NCBI GenBank assembly: GCA_963707915.1
Contig: OY970178.1
Coordinates: forward strand, 3,424,001-3,488,000
Reading direction: 5' to 3'
Source of the DNA: Candidatus Eiseniibacteriota bacterium
Lineage (GTDB): Bacteria > Eisenbacteria > RBG-16-71-46
DNA: 64,000 nt
The notes beneath the pieces were generated by a model. The model saw nothing but the letters and a program-made list of their open reading frames with translations, had not been told where the DNA came from and ran no database searches. How positions within the stretch are numbered: position 1 is the stretch's first letter; every line of letters starts with the position of its first letter. The position numbers and the translations under genes were made by a program. This document shows positions 1 to 11,489 of the stretch, piece by piece.

Positions 1-376
1 GCTCGGGCGGGACGTCGGCCGACACGCCGGTGATCGAGCCGCCCATGAGGTCGAAGTGCTCGTAGTTGGGCACCACGCAGAAGACCAGCGGGACGCGGGG
101 CAGACGGTCGCGGGCGAAGAGAGCGGCCTTGAGGCCGACCGCCACCACCACGGCGGGGCGCGCGAGCTCGATGCGGCGCTGCAGCACCTCCGGTTCGCGC
201 TCGTCGAGCATGAACGCCGCGACCGGGTCCGTGCAGGCCGCCCTGAACGCGGCGGTGGCCTGCTCGTACGGCGCCAGCGGACCGCTCTCGATCAGCGCCA
301 CGGTCGCGGCGCGGCCGGCGGCCGGCGCTCCGAGGCACAGGGCGGCGAGCAGGGCCGCCGCCCGCCACGCGCGCAT
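1..376 (-). CDS. ABC-type substrate-binding (ABC_sub_bind-like) periplasmic protein, runs off the window edge; an alternative in-frame GTG start lies at 520
   Basis: Manual translation: MRAWRAAALLAALCLGAPAAGRAATVALIESGPLAPYEQATAAF...PAVVVAVGLKAA...PLVFCVVPN...ITGVSADVPPE. Signal peptide and typical motifs; not in the ORF track because it is partial. Confidence 0.7.
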   Translation of the reverse strand, partial: MRAWRAAALLAALCLGAPAAGRAATVALIESGPLAPYEQATAAFRAACTDPVAAFMLDEREPEVLQRRIELARPAVVVAVGLKAALFARDRLPRVPLVFCVVPNYEHFDLMGGSITGVSADVPPE

Positions 377-516
377 CCCGGCCCGGCCGACGAGCGCGCT
401 CGCCCCGGCCTGGACCTCCGCCGGACGGGTGCGGCACGGCGACCGCGCGGGCCCCGGAAGACCGGGCCCCGCGGGCGCCGGCACCGGGCCGGGCCGCGGA
501 CGCGAGGGGCGGACGT

Positions 517-930
517 TCACCGCGGGCCGGGCACGAGGTAGGTGAGGCCGACGAAGAAGGTTCGGGAGTCTTGCATGATCTGGTCCTGGAGATGCTCCTT
601 CGATCCCGGGTCGCCGTAACGTGCGTCGAACAGGTTGCGGACCTCGAGCCCGGTCGTGAGTCCCGGCGCCAGGCGCAGGCCGAGCCGGGCGTCGCCGAGC
701 GTCTGGTAGCCCATCGCACGGATCTCGGCGGCCGGGATCACCGTCACCGAGGAGGGCGTCTCCGAGAGCGGCAACGGACGCTTGCTGACCCCGGTGACCA
801 TCTGCTCGCGCAGGAGGGAGAAAGCCGCGTCGTCGGGCTCCGCCGCCGAAGCGGGAACTCGCGACAGGGACGCGAGCAGCGCCCCGGCGAGCAGCGCCTG
901 CAGGAGGGCCCGTCCGCGGGGCAGGCTCAT
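517..930 (-). pseudogene. Internally deleted TonB-dependent receptor paralog (signal peptide and plug start fused directly to the barrel C-terminus)
   Basis: MSLPRGRALLQ...SETPSSVTVIPAAEIRAMGYQTLGDA|RLGLRL...RNLFDARYGDPG...RTFFVGLTY. ATG overlaps the upstream gene's TGA. Confidence 0.8.
687..900. repeat. About 214-bp near-identical direct repeat of 2689-2902 (5' ends of the two receptor paralogs)
   Basis: Direct comparison at offset 2002 shows only a few substitutions. Confidence 0.9.
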
Positions 931-2926
931 CGGGGCTCCGACGCGCGGAAGGAGAACGTGACGAAGAGACTGCGCGGGTCCTGGGCGATCAGGTCCTGCG
1001 GTGTCTCGACCCATCCCGGATCGCTGTACCGCGCGTCGAACAGGTTGCGAGCCTCGATCCCGACCGTGACGCCGCGCACGAGCCGTCGCGACACGCGCGC
1101 GTCGCACGAGAGGGTCGCGGTGGTGCGCAGGTCGTTCCCCGCGATCCGCGGCGAGAGGTAGCGCAGGCCCGCACCCAGGGCCGTCCGGCCGTCGCGCCCG
1201 GTGTGGAAGGCGAGCAGGTGCGCGTTCCAGCGCGGCGAGTTCGTGATCTCCGCGCCTGTGCGGCTGTCCTCGCTCCGCTGCCAGGCCACCGCCACCCGCG
1301 CGTGGGTCCCGGCCCCGGGGGTGACGCGCACGCCGGCCTCGAGACCGCGGCAGCGCACGCGCTGCTGGTTCCCGTAGTTCGACGCTCCGGACTCGTCCAA
1401 CTGCACGAGGTCGATGAGGTCCCGGATGCGGCTGGCGTAGGCGGTGAGGAAGGTCCGATGGGGCCCGATCTCGTGCTCGAGGGTCCCCTCGACGGTGAAG
1501 ATCCGCTCGGGAGTGAGCCGGCCGCCGGCCAGGGCGGGGCCCATGGCGTAGGACTCGGTCTCCCTGGCGAAGGGGCACGGAACGCGGAACCGCCCAGCAG
1601 CTTGAGCCGGGTGGCCGGCGCCATGGTCCACACCAGGTCGGCCCGCGGACTGACGACGGCCCGGTAGCGCGAGTCGTTGTCGAGACGCGCGCCCGCCGTG
1701 AGGATCAGCCGTCGGCCGAGGCGCGCCTCGTCCTGCAGGTAGAGGGCCAGTGCGCCCCCGGTGAGGCTCCGGTCGTAGTACAGCTCGTAGGGGGCGACGT
1801 CGTAGTTCAACAGGCGCCCGCTCACCATGCGCTGGGCTTCCAGGCCGAGCGTGAGCGTCTGCATGGTCGCGATCGACCAGATGGCACGGCCCTCGGCGCC
1901 CACCACGTCCGCGTTCCCGAAGTCCAGGTTCACGAGCGGCTCGGACCCCGGTTCGGAGAGGGAGACGAACCGGGCGCGGGTGCGCGACCCGTCCCAGTAG
2001 GCGCGGCCCGACAACTCGAGCGCGGGGGTCGTGCGCCGCGTGGCGGAGAGCTCGACGAAGTCGTGCCCGTCCCAGGCCGGGGAGGAGTTGTCGCTGACCG
2101 GCATCGTGTAGGAGGCGGGCATCTGGGCCTTCTGGCGCTCGTTGAACTTGACGACGAGCCGGACGGGTCCCCAGTCCGCGTCCCCGAAGAAGGCCAGGGC
2201 GCGCTCGTGGTCGCGGGCCACGGCCAGGCCGGGGTACTCGACGCCATCGATCGAAGCGGGCAGGGCGAGCTCGCGGCCCCGGGCCTCGAGCCACGAGACG
2301 CTCGCTCGCCACTCCGCGCGGCCCGGTCGTGCCGAGGCGATCGAGGCGTGCGTGCGCCACTCGTTGGCGCCGCCGGCGCGCACGTCCACCCGCGTGCCGG
2401 GATCGCTGCGGGGCTGGCGGGTCACGACGTTCACCACCGCCAGCACGGCGTAGCTGCCGTAGAGCGCCGAGCCCGGGCCGCGCGCGATCTCGATCCGCTC
2501 GACCTCCTCCATGTCGAGTCCCAGCTCGGGCCCGATCAGCGCGTCGCCGTAGACGCTGCCGTTCATCGTGTGGCCGTTGATGGTGAGCAGGAGCTTGTTG
2601 TTGAAGTCGCCCGGACGCTGCAGCCCCCGCACGCCGACGTTGGTGTAGGTCCGGTCGTAGGTGACGAACACCCCCCGGACCCAGCGCAGGGCGTCGCCGA
2701 GCGTCTGGTAGCCCATGGCACGGATCTCGGCGGCCGGGATCACCGTCACCGAGGAGGGCGTCTCCGAGAGCGGCAACGGACGCTTGCTGACCCCGGTGAC
2801 CATCTGCTCGCGCAGGAGGGAGAAGGCCGCGTCGTCGGGCTCTGCCGCCGAAGCGGGAACTCGTGACAGGGACGCGAGCAGCGCCCCGGCGAGGAGCGCC
2901 TGGAAGATGGTTCGTCTGTGGGACAC
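927..2926 (-). pseudogene. TonB-dependent receptor, frameshifted near 1567 (pseudogene or sequencing error)
   Basis: Plug motifs (TPSSVTVI, VERIEIARGPGSALYG) and FRAPS lie in the 989..3004 frame; the barrel end (RNLFDARY...RSLFVTFSFR) lies in the 927..3011 frame. GTG start with GGAGG RBS. Confidence 0.85.
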
Positions 2927-3264
2927 GTCCCGACCTCCGTGTCGATGTCGGTGGGGGATTCCTTTGCCTGCTCCCAGGGAGCACCGGGGCCACGTCGAAG
3001 TCATCGGCCACCGGCGCCCCGGGGCTTAGGCTGGAGTGCCGGTTCGAGCGGGCCGAGCAGGAGGCAGGACCGCCGCGGGCTACCCGTGCCTCGCACCCGA
3101 CCTGCCTGGGCGGGATGCCCCGACGCTGGGGCCTCGCCCCGTGCTCTCCAGCGCCATTTCACCACGGGCGGGAGCGCGGCCGTCGTGCCGGCGGGTGCGC
3201 GCTGGCCGCGCAGTCCGCTCCTGCGCAGCGACTTGCGTGCGCGGTGCCGCCGCCGCGGGCGGTG

Positions 3265-3279
3265 TGGCCCGGCCCTTGC
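3265..3279 (+). promoter_or_regulatory. Putative sigma54 (-24/-12) promoter of the flp/tad operon
   Basis: TGGCCC-GGCCC-TTGC, with GG-N10-GC spacing, about 160 bp upstream of flp. Confidence 0.6.
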
Positions 3280-3440
3280 GAATCCCCTAATCGGAACGTG
3301 CCTCCGAGGCCGGGACCCGCAAGGCGAAAATCCCGGTAGGACACGCCCTCGGCACCGACGATAACGGAGACAGCCGAGATTGCCCGCTCCGGCCCCAGGC
3401 CGGGAACTGTTGCCCTCGCATGCAGAGGAGTCAGACCAAC

Positions 3441-3614
3441 ATGATGAACGCCATCCGCAATTTCGTTCGTGACGAGCAGGGCGAAGACCTGATCGAGTAC
3501 GGCCTCCTCGCCGCGTTCGTGGCTGCCGTCGCCGTCGCCGTGCTGAGCAATGGCGGCCTGCGCGCCGCGCTGAGCGAGGTCTTCGCGCGGGTGATCGCCG
3601 ACCTGGCGATCTAG
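3441..3614 (+). CDS. flp: Flp/Fap family type IVb pilin
   Basis: MMNAIRNFVRDEQG|EDLIEYGLLAAF: Flp motif with hydrophobic helix; GAGGAG RBS. Confidence 0.93.
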   Translation: MMNAIRNFVRDEQGEDLIEYGLLAAFVAAVAVAVLSNGGLRAALSEVFARVIADLAI

Positions 3615-3660
3615 TCGCCTCCGGGTCAGACGCAGGGATGCTTCGTCAGGCAACGGTTCG

Positions 3661-3694
3661 GCCCGGGGGGCGGCCTTGAAGCGGCCCCCCGGGC
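3661..3694 (+). terminator. GC-rich hairpin after flp (terminator or mRNA-stabilising stem)
   Basis: gcccggggggc...gccccccgggc, 11-bp stem; no clear U tract. Confidence 0.45.
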
Positions 3695-3806
3695 GCGGTA
3701 TTCCGCCCGCGGCCAAGTGCCGTCGCCCGGGTCCCGCGCCGCGGGACGCCGGCCCGCTCGCGGCGCCGCGCGGTTCGTATCGTCCCGGTGCACGGAGGCC
3801 CCGGTC

Positions 3807-4325
3807 GTGAACGCCCCACTCTGGGTCTCGATCCCCGTCGTGCTGTTCATCCTCCTGGCCGCGCGCGAGGACCTGCGGACTCGACGGATCCCGAACCTCA
3901 TCACCGGGCCCGCGTTCCTGCTCGGGCTGGCGGTCCACCTGGTGATGGGGGGGCCAGCGGGCCTGCTCGGCGCCCTGTTCGCCGGCGTGCTCGCCGGCGC
4001 GATCCTGCTTCCCGGCTGGTTCATGAAGTTCATGGGGGCCGGCGACGTCAAGCTCATGGCGGCCATCGGCGCGTGGCTCGGGGCGCCCGGGCTGGCGCTC
4101 TACGCCGCCCTCTTCTCGCTGATCGCCGGGGGGATCATCTCGGTCGTCGCGGCGGCGCGGCTGGGCATCCTGTCGCGGACCGTCCGCAACGCCGCACGGC
4201 TCCTCCCGCGGGTGGTCGCCGCGAGCGGCCCGGCCGGGGCCCCGCTGGAGACCTCGGGGGTGCGCGTTCCCAAGGCCCTGGCCTTCCTGGCCGGGACGCT
4301 TTTGTCCTTATGGTCGAGGACCTGA
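3807..4325 (+). CDS. cpaA: A24 prepilin peptidase CpaA/TadV
   Basis: EDLRTRRIPN and MGAGDVKLMAAIGAWLG motifs. Confidence 0.92.
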   Translation: MNAPLWVSIPVVLFILLAAREDLRTRRIPNLITGPAFLLGLAVHLVMGGPAGLLGALFAGVLAGAILLPGWFMKFMGAGDVKLMAAIGAWLGAPGLALYAALFSLIAGGIISVVAAARLGILSRTVRNAARLLPRVVAASGPAGAPLETSGVRVPKALAFLAGTLLSLWSRT

Positions 4326-4552
4326 CGGCCGATAGAGGGGCATAACGCCCAGAGCCCGCCAGGCGGGTTCGGGGCCGGAGTGGAGGGCGTCCCGGCAGGC
4401 GCGCCCGCCCGTCCGGTCCGCGACAAGGATGACGCAGCGATCAGGCTCGGCCCGTGGGATGCCCCGCCTCCAGCGACGGACGGCCTCCACTCCCACACTC
4501 GATGACACAGGCGCACTCGCGCGCGTGGACTGAGGAAGGAAGGGACAAGAAC

Positions 4553-5416
4553 GTGACCGCGAACAAGGGACAGGCATTCATGGGGCTGGCCGTCGTCCTC
4601 GGTCTGGCGGCCGCCGTCGTGGGCTACTTCGGCCTCAGCGCGGTGTCCACCCAGGCCCGGCGCGCGACCATGGGCGAGACGCAGGACGTCGTCGTCACCT
4701 CCGGCGACGTCACCTACGGCGAGAAGCTCGAGAAGAGCATGCTGCGCACGGTGCGCTATCCGCGCGAATCCGTTCCCGCGGGGGCCTTCTCGACGGTGGA
4801 CTCGGTCGTCGGGCAGACCACCAAGATCTTCATGACCGCCAAGGAACCGGTGACGGCCATCAAGCTCTCCTCGCTCGGCGGCGGCCTCTCGATGCTGGTG
4901 CGCCCGGGGATGCGCGCGGCCTCCGTCGAGGTCAACCAGGTCTCCGGCGTGTCGGGCTTCATCCTCCCCGGCGACCGCGTGGACATGCTGGTCACGGTCG
5001 AGAAGGTGGCGAACCCCGAGGACGCCTACACCCAGACGATCCTGCAGGACATCGAGGTGCTGGCTGCGGGCATGAAGACCACGACCCAGGACAACAAGCC
5101 GCTCGCCGTGCAGGCGGTTACGCTGCTGGTGGATCCCAAGGGCGCCGAGGTCATGGCGCACGCGCAGCGGCAGGGCTCGATCACGCTGGTGCTGCGCGCC
5201 CGCGACGACAACGCCCAGGTCTCCAAGACCACGCCGATCCGCACCGCGGACCTGCGCGGGAAGCCGGCGGTCGCGGCCCGCGTGGCCCGGGCGGCCGAGC
5301 CGGTGGTGCGCGTGGTCGAGCGCAAGCCGGCGGAGCCGCAGAAGGTGACCATCATCCGTCGCACGAGCAAGTCGGAGGAATCCCTCCCGGGCGACAGCGC
5401 GAACGCGAAGCGGTAG
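4553..5416 (+). CDS. cpaB: Flp pilus assembly protein CpaB/RcpC
   Basis: SAF domain plus PGMRAASV..GVSGFILPGDRVD..ILQDIEVLA..VTLLV. Confidence 0.93.
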   Translation: MTANKGQAFMGLAVVLGLAAAVVGYFGLSAVSTQARRATMGETQDVVVTSGDVTYGEKLEKSMLRTVRYPRESVPAGAFSTVDSVVGQTTKIFMTAKEPVTAIKLSSLGGGLSMLVRPGMRAASVEVNQVSGVSGFILPGDRVDMLVTVEKVANPEDAYTQTILQDIEVLAAGMKTTTQDNKPLAVQAVTLLVDPKGAEVMAHAQRQGSITLVLRARDDNAQVSKTTPIRTADLRGKPAVAARVARAAEPVVRVVERKPAEPQKVTIIRRTSKSEESLPGDSANAKR

Positions 5417-5461
5417 GACGGACCCGTCACTGCTCTCCACCGAATCGAGGAGGCACGTCTG

Positions 5462-6583
5462 ATGTCACTCGCCCATCCCAGGGACGCGATGCGAGGTGCC
5501 GTTCTGGCGGCCCTCTTGATGCTGGTCCCGGCGGCCGCCCTGTCCGCCGACGCGACCGAGAAGCTGCGGATCCCCGTCGGGCACGCGCAGGTCGTGCCGT
5601 CGCTCGACGACGTCCGCACCGTGGCGATCGCCGAGCCCGACATCGCGGACGCCGCGGTCGGCTCCGCGCGGACCGTGATCGTGACCGCGAAGTCGGCCGG
5701 CTCGACCAACCTGGTGGTCTACACCGACGGCGGCCGCTACCGGATCTTCGAGATCGAGGTCTTCGTGCCCAACCAGGAGAAGCAGGTCCTCCTGCGCTGC
5801 ACGGTGGCCGAGATGACCGATGCGGCGCTGAAGGAGCTCGGCTTCGACTTCTACGGCACCGGCAGCACCGCCAATCGCCTGGACGGGACGCTCGGCGGCG
5901 GGCTCTACACCACCAAGGTGGAGCCGCCCACGTACCCGCTGCTGCCCGAGCCCAAGCCGGGCGATATCGTGACCGTGCCCAACGCGAGCGGATTGCTCAA
6001 GTACGCCAGGAACGGCGCGGGCCTGAGCCTCCAGATGGAGTGGAAGGCGCTCGAGGAGCGGGGCGACATCCGCATGCTGGCGAACCCCTCGCTGCTGGCG
6101 AGCAGCGGGGAGAAGGCCGCGTTCCTGGCCGGCGGCGAGTTCGCCTACCAGATCATCTCGGGCTCCGGCTCGGGGGCGGCCCCGGCGATCGCCTTCAAGG
6201 AGTACGGCGTGCGCGTGGAGTTCACCCCGTTCGTCCAGGAGGACGGGAGCATCCGGCTGAAGGTGGCCCCCGAGGTCAGCGAGCCCGACTGGTCGCGCTC
6301 GGTCTTCGGCGTGCCGCCGCTCAACAGCCGCAAGGCCTCCACCACGGTGACGCTGCAGGCCGGCGAGTACCTGGTCATCGGCGGGCTCAAGCAGACCGTC
6401 AAGAACAAGCTCGTCCGCAAGGTGCCCGTGCTGGGGCACCTCCCGCTGCTCGGCGCCCTGTTCACCTATTCGCGGGACGAAGTCTCCAACAAGGAGCTCG
6501 TCATCACCGTCTCGCCGGAACTGGTCGCGGCCGGGGGCGCCGCGCCCGCGTTGCCCACCGACAAGCCCGACGCCACCCGGTAG
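5462..6583 (+). CDS. cpaC: Tad secretin CpaC/RcpA
   Basis: N-terminal VAIAEPDIADA; secretin motifs AFLAGGEF, FKEYGV, VPVLGHLPLLGALF. Confidence 0.92.
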   Translation: MSLAHPRDAMRGAVLAALLMLVPAAALSADATEKLRIPVGHAQVVPSLDDVRTVAIAEPDIADAAVGSARTVIVTAKSAGSTNLVVYTDGGRYRIFEIEVFVPNQEKQVLLRCTVAEMTDAALKELGFDFYGTGSTANRLDGTLGGGLYTTKVEPPTYPLLPEPKPGDIVTVPNASGLLKYARNGAGLSLQMEWKALEERGDIRMLANPSLLASSGEKAAFLAGGEFAYQIISGSGSGAAPAIAFKEYGVRVEFTPFVQEDGSIRLKVAPEVSEPDWSRSVFGVPPLNSRKASTTVTLQAGEYLVIGGLKQTVKNKLVRKVPVLGHLPLLGALFTYSRDEVSNKELVITVSPELVAAGGAAPALPTDKPDATR

Positions 6584-6787
6584 GAGCTGGCCGCCATGGC
6601 ACGTCGTCCGCCCGAGCCGGCAGACCGGGAGCGGGGCATCGTTCCCGGCCGGGGCCCGGCCCGCGCGGGCGGGGTCCCGGAGAGCCGATCCCCCGACGAT
6701 CACGACCTGCCGGCCGCCCCCGGGGGCGGCGCGGCACGAACCGCGCGAATGCCGCGACGGACCCGCTAGCATCCAGGGAAGGAACGC

Positions 6788-7999
6788 ATGTCCACGCCCA
6801 TCACCGTCGTCCTGGTCCATCGCAACGAGATGGAGCGCACCGCGCTGAAGACCGCTCTCGAGGCGCTGCCCGGCGTGCAGATCGGGGGCGAGCGCGCGGA
6901 ACTCCGCGCCGGGCTCGCGCTGGCCCACCAGGTGCGGCCCACCATCCTCGTGCTCGAGCTGGCGGTCCCGGTGGACGACACGCTCGGCGCGGTCGCGCAG
7001 TACAAGCTGGACCACCCCGACGTCGCGATCTTCCTCTCCTCCGAGCTGCTCGATCCCGACACCCTGCTGCGCGCGATGCGGGCGGGGGTCTCCGAGGTGC
7101 TGCGCCGTCCGTTGGACCGCGGCGCCATCGGGCAGGCGGTCGAGCGCGTGGCCGCGATGAGCGCGCGCGCCAAGGGCGGCGGGATCGCCCGCCACGTGTT
7201 CACCGTGTTCGCCAGCAAGGGCGGACAGGGAGTGAGCACGATCGCCAGCAACGTCGCGCTCAGCATCCGCCACGCCGCCCGGCGCGAGGTGGCCCTGGTG
7301 GACTTCGACTACCAGTCCGGCGACGTGGCCTTCATGCTGGGGCTCAACCCCAAGCGCTCGCTGGGCGACGTCATCGCCGCCCCGCGCATCGAGGCGACCA
7401 CGCTGCAGGACGCGCTGGCGAAGCACGAGAGCGGCGTGTTCGTGCTGGCCCAGCCCGAGCACCTCGATCGCGTCGACGGGCTCACCGCCAACCAGGTCGG
7501 CGGCGTGCTGGAGATCCTCGGCTCCACCTTCGACGTGGTGGTGGTGGACGCCCCGCACGTCATCAACGAGATCACGCTCGAGGTCTTCGACCGCTCCAGC
7601 ACCATCCTGCTCACGATCGAGCCCAGCGTGTCCTCGGTGCGGGCCGCGCGGCGTTCGCTCGAGATCTTCCACAAGCTGAACTACCTGACGATCCCCGATC
7701 GCGTGCGCCTGGTGCTGAACCGCCGCACCGAGCAGGAGTCGATCACCCCGGCCCAGCTCGAGGACACGCTCGGGCTGCCGGTGTTCGCCAGCGTCGCGAA
7801 CGACTACGCGGTCGTGAACCAGGCGATCAACATGGGCAAGCCGCTGTGCGGCGGCCCGGTGCCCGAAGGCCGCGCGGGCCGCGACCTCGCGAATCTCGCC
7901 CGGCTGCTCGTGCCGGTCGACGAGTCCGCCCAACCAGTGCCCACCGAAGAGGCCCCACCTCGGCGGTCCGGCGGGTCACGCTTCTTCCGAAGGGGGTAG
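6788..7999 (+). CDS. cpaE: CpaE/TadZ (receiver-like plus MinD-like ATPase)
   Basis: LRAMRAGVSE; deviant Walker A KGGQGVST; VALVDFD. Confidence 0.9.
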   Translation: MSTPITVVLVHRNEMERTALKTALEALPGVQIGGERAELRAGLALAHQVRPTILVLELAVPVDDTLGAVAQYKLDHPDVAIFLSSELLDPDTLLRAMRAGVSEVLRRPLDRGAIGQAVERVAAMSARAKGGGIARHVFTVFASKGGQGVSTIASNVALSIRHAARREVALVDFDYQSGDVAFMLGLNPKRSLGDVIAAPRIEATTLQDALAKHESGVFVLAQPEHLDRVDGLTANQVGGVLEILGSTFDVVVVDAPHVINEITLEVFDRSSTILLTIEPSVSSVRAARRSLEIFHKLNYLTIPDRVRLVLNRRTEQESITPAQLEDTLGLPVFASVANDYAVVNQAINMGKPLCGGPVPEGRAGRDLANLARLLVPVDESAQPVPTEEAPPRRSGGSRFFRRG

Positions 8000-8005
8000 G
8001 TCATC

Positions 8006-9381
<1,376 letters not shown>

Positions 9382-9385
<4 letters not shown>

Positions 9386-10347
9386 ACCTGGTCCTGCTCT
9401 TCAGCTTCCTGCTGTTCCTGGCCGTGACGCTGGCGGTGATCGGCGTCAGCGTCCACCGCAGCGGCGCGACCGAGCGCGCGCTCGACCGCCGGCTGCGCGG
9501 CCTGGCGGCCGCCCCCGAGCGCGTCCTGCCGCGGGTCGAGGTGGAGCGCGACAGCCGCTACAGCGTCGTGCCCTGGCTCGACCGGCTGCTGCGCGGCTTC
9601 AACCTCGGCGAACGGCTGGAGCTGATGCTCTACCAGTCGGGGGTGAACCTGAAGGCGGGCGTGCTGGTGCTGCTCGTCGCGGTCTTCGCGCTGGGCGGCT
9701 ACATCGTCGGCCTGGCCGTGACCGGCAGGATCCTGCCCGGGCTGCTGACGATGGCGGTCGCGGGCCCGCTGCCCTACTTCTACGTGGTCCTGCGCAAGGG
9801 ACAGCGCATGCAGGCCTTCGCCCACGAGTTCCCCGACGCGCTCGACCTGCTGGTGAGCGCGCTGCGCGCGGGGCTCTCGTTCTCGGCGGCCATGCAGATG
9901 GTGTCCGAGGAATCGCCCGAGCCCATCCGCAGCGAGTTCGGCGTCACGGTCGAGGAACAGGCGCTGGGCCTGGACTTCCGCGAGGCGCTGGTGAACCTGA
10001 CCCGGCGCGTGGACTCGCTCGACCTGCGCTTCTTCGCGACCGCCGTCATCCTGCAGCGGGAGACCGGCGGCAATCTCGCCGAGATCCTGGAGAACACCGC
10101 GCGGCTCATCCGCGACCGCTTCCGGGTGCTGGGCGACATCCAGACCTTCACCGCGCAGGGGCGGCTCACCGGCGCGATCCTCGTGCTCCTGCCGCTCGCG
10201 ATGGCGCTCTACACCTACGCGATCAACCCCGACTACTTCAAGCCGATGCTCGAGTCGGGTGGCGGCCGCACCGGCCTGGTGGCGGCCGGCGGCATGCAGC
10301 TGATCGGCATGTTCGTGATCCACAAGATCGTCTCGATCAAGGTATAG
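9382..10347 (+). CDS. tadB: TadB inner-membrane platform protein
   Basis: FPDALDLLVSALRAG, QRETGGNLAEIL; ATG overlaps the cpaF stop. Confidence 0.93.
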
Positions 10348-10349
10348 CC

Positions 10350-11264
10350 ATGTTCCTCCTGATCTTCTCGGTGCTGATCTTCGCCGCCATCGCCCTCGGG
10401 GCGTACGCGGCCTACGTGGACTCGGTGACCAACCGCAGCCCGGTGGCCGTGCGGCTGCGCGAGCTGCGCTCGCAGCGGACCGGCGGGGTCGTGAACTACG
10501 GCGACCGGCCGCCGGCGCTGCTCAAGCTCGTGGCGCAGCTCGGCGGCTTCATGCCCGCGCAGGACGGGCGCGACGCCCTGCGCACGGGGCTCGTCCGCGC
10601 GGGCTTCCGCCGCCGCGAGGCGGTGCTCGCCCTGCTGGGCTCCAAGATCGTCCTCGCCGTCGGCGTGCCGCTGCTCTGGCTGGTGGTCGCGTATTCGACC
10701 GGGCAGCCGGGCGGCCGCGTGTTCCTCGGCGCCGTCCTGGGCGCCGTGCTCGGCTTCTACCTGCCCACACTGTTCATCGCGTACCGGCAGTCCGCGCGGC
10801 ACGACACGGTGCTCACCTCGCTGCCCGACGCGCTCGACCTGCTGGTCATCTGCGTCGAGGCGGGGCTCGGGATCTCGGCCGCGCTCCAGCGGGTGGCGGT
10901 GGAGATGCGCATCGCGAGCCCGGTGCTGGCCGCGGAGCTCGTCCTAGTGAACCAGGAGATGCAGACCGGCGTCTCGCGCACGGACGCCCTGCGGAACCTG
11001 GCGGAGCGCACCGGCGTCGACGAGGTGTACTCGCTGGTGGCGATGCTCATCCAGACCGACCGCCTCGGCACCAGCGTGGGACAGGCGCTCCGGGCCCACG
11101 CCGACTCGATGCGCACCAAGCGGCGCCAGCGGGCGGAGCAGCTGGCCCGGAAGGCGACCGTGAAGCTGGCGTTCCCGCTCGTGCTCCTGATCTTCCCGGC
11201 CCTGCTGCTCGTGCTGCTGGGCCCGGCAGCGATCCAGTTGATGCGGGCGTTGACCGCTTCGTAG
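10350..11264 (+). CDS. tadC: TadC inner-membrane platform protein
   Basis: LPDALDLLVICVEAGLG, KLAFPLVLLIFPA. Confidence 0.94.
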   Translation: MFLLIFSVLIFAAIALGAYAAYVDSVTNRSPVAVRLRELRSQRTGGVVNYGDRPPALLKLVAQLGGFMPAQDGRDALRTGLVRAGFRRREAVLALLGSKIVLAVGVPLLWLVVAYSTGQPGGRVFLGAVLGAVLGFYLPTLFIAYRQSARHDTVLTSLPDALDLLVICVEAGLGISAALQRVAVEMRIASPVLAAELVLVNQEMQTGVSRTDALRNLAERTGVDEVYSLVAMLIQTDRLGTSVGQALRAHADSMRTKRRQRAEQLARKATVKLAFPLVLLIFPALLLVLLGPAAIQLMRALTAS

Positions 11265-11309
11265 GCAGTCCAGTCCCGGTAGATCCAGCCAGGAAGGGAG
11301 GGAAGCGCC

Positions 11310-11411
11310 ATGTCGTCCATGATGTCGTACGTCCTCTTCGGTGTCGCGGTCGTCCTGCTCGTGCTCTGGGTGATGCGCCGCTCCGCGAACACGCGTTCCA
11401 GGGGGCGCTGA
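11310..11411 (+). CDS. 33-aa single-pass membrane microprotein
   Basis: MSSMMSYVLFGVAVVLLVLWVMRRSANTRSRGR; strong AGGAAGGGAGGG RBS and GC3-rich codons. Confidence 0.65.
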   Translation: MSSMMSYVLFGVAVVLLVLWVMRRSANTRSRGR

Positions 11412-11489
11412 AGCCCCTGCCCCGGGGGCCCGCCGGCCGCGGGCCCGGTGCTGGCCGTCCACCGCCCGGCAGGCTAGAGTGCCGGGGCG

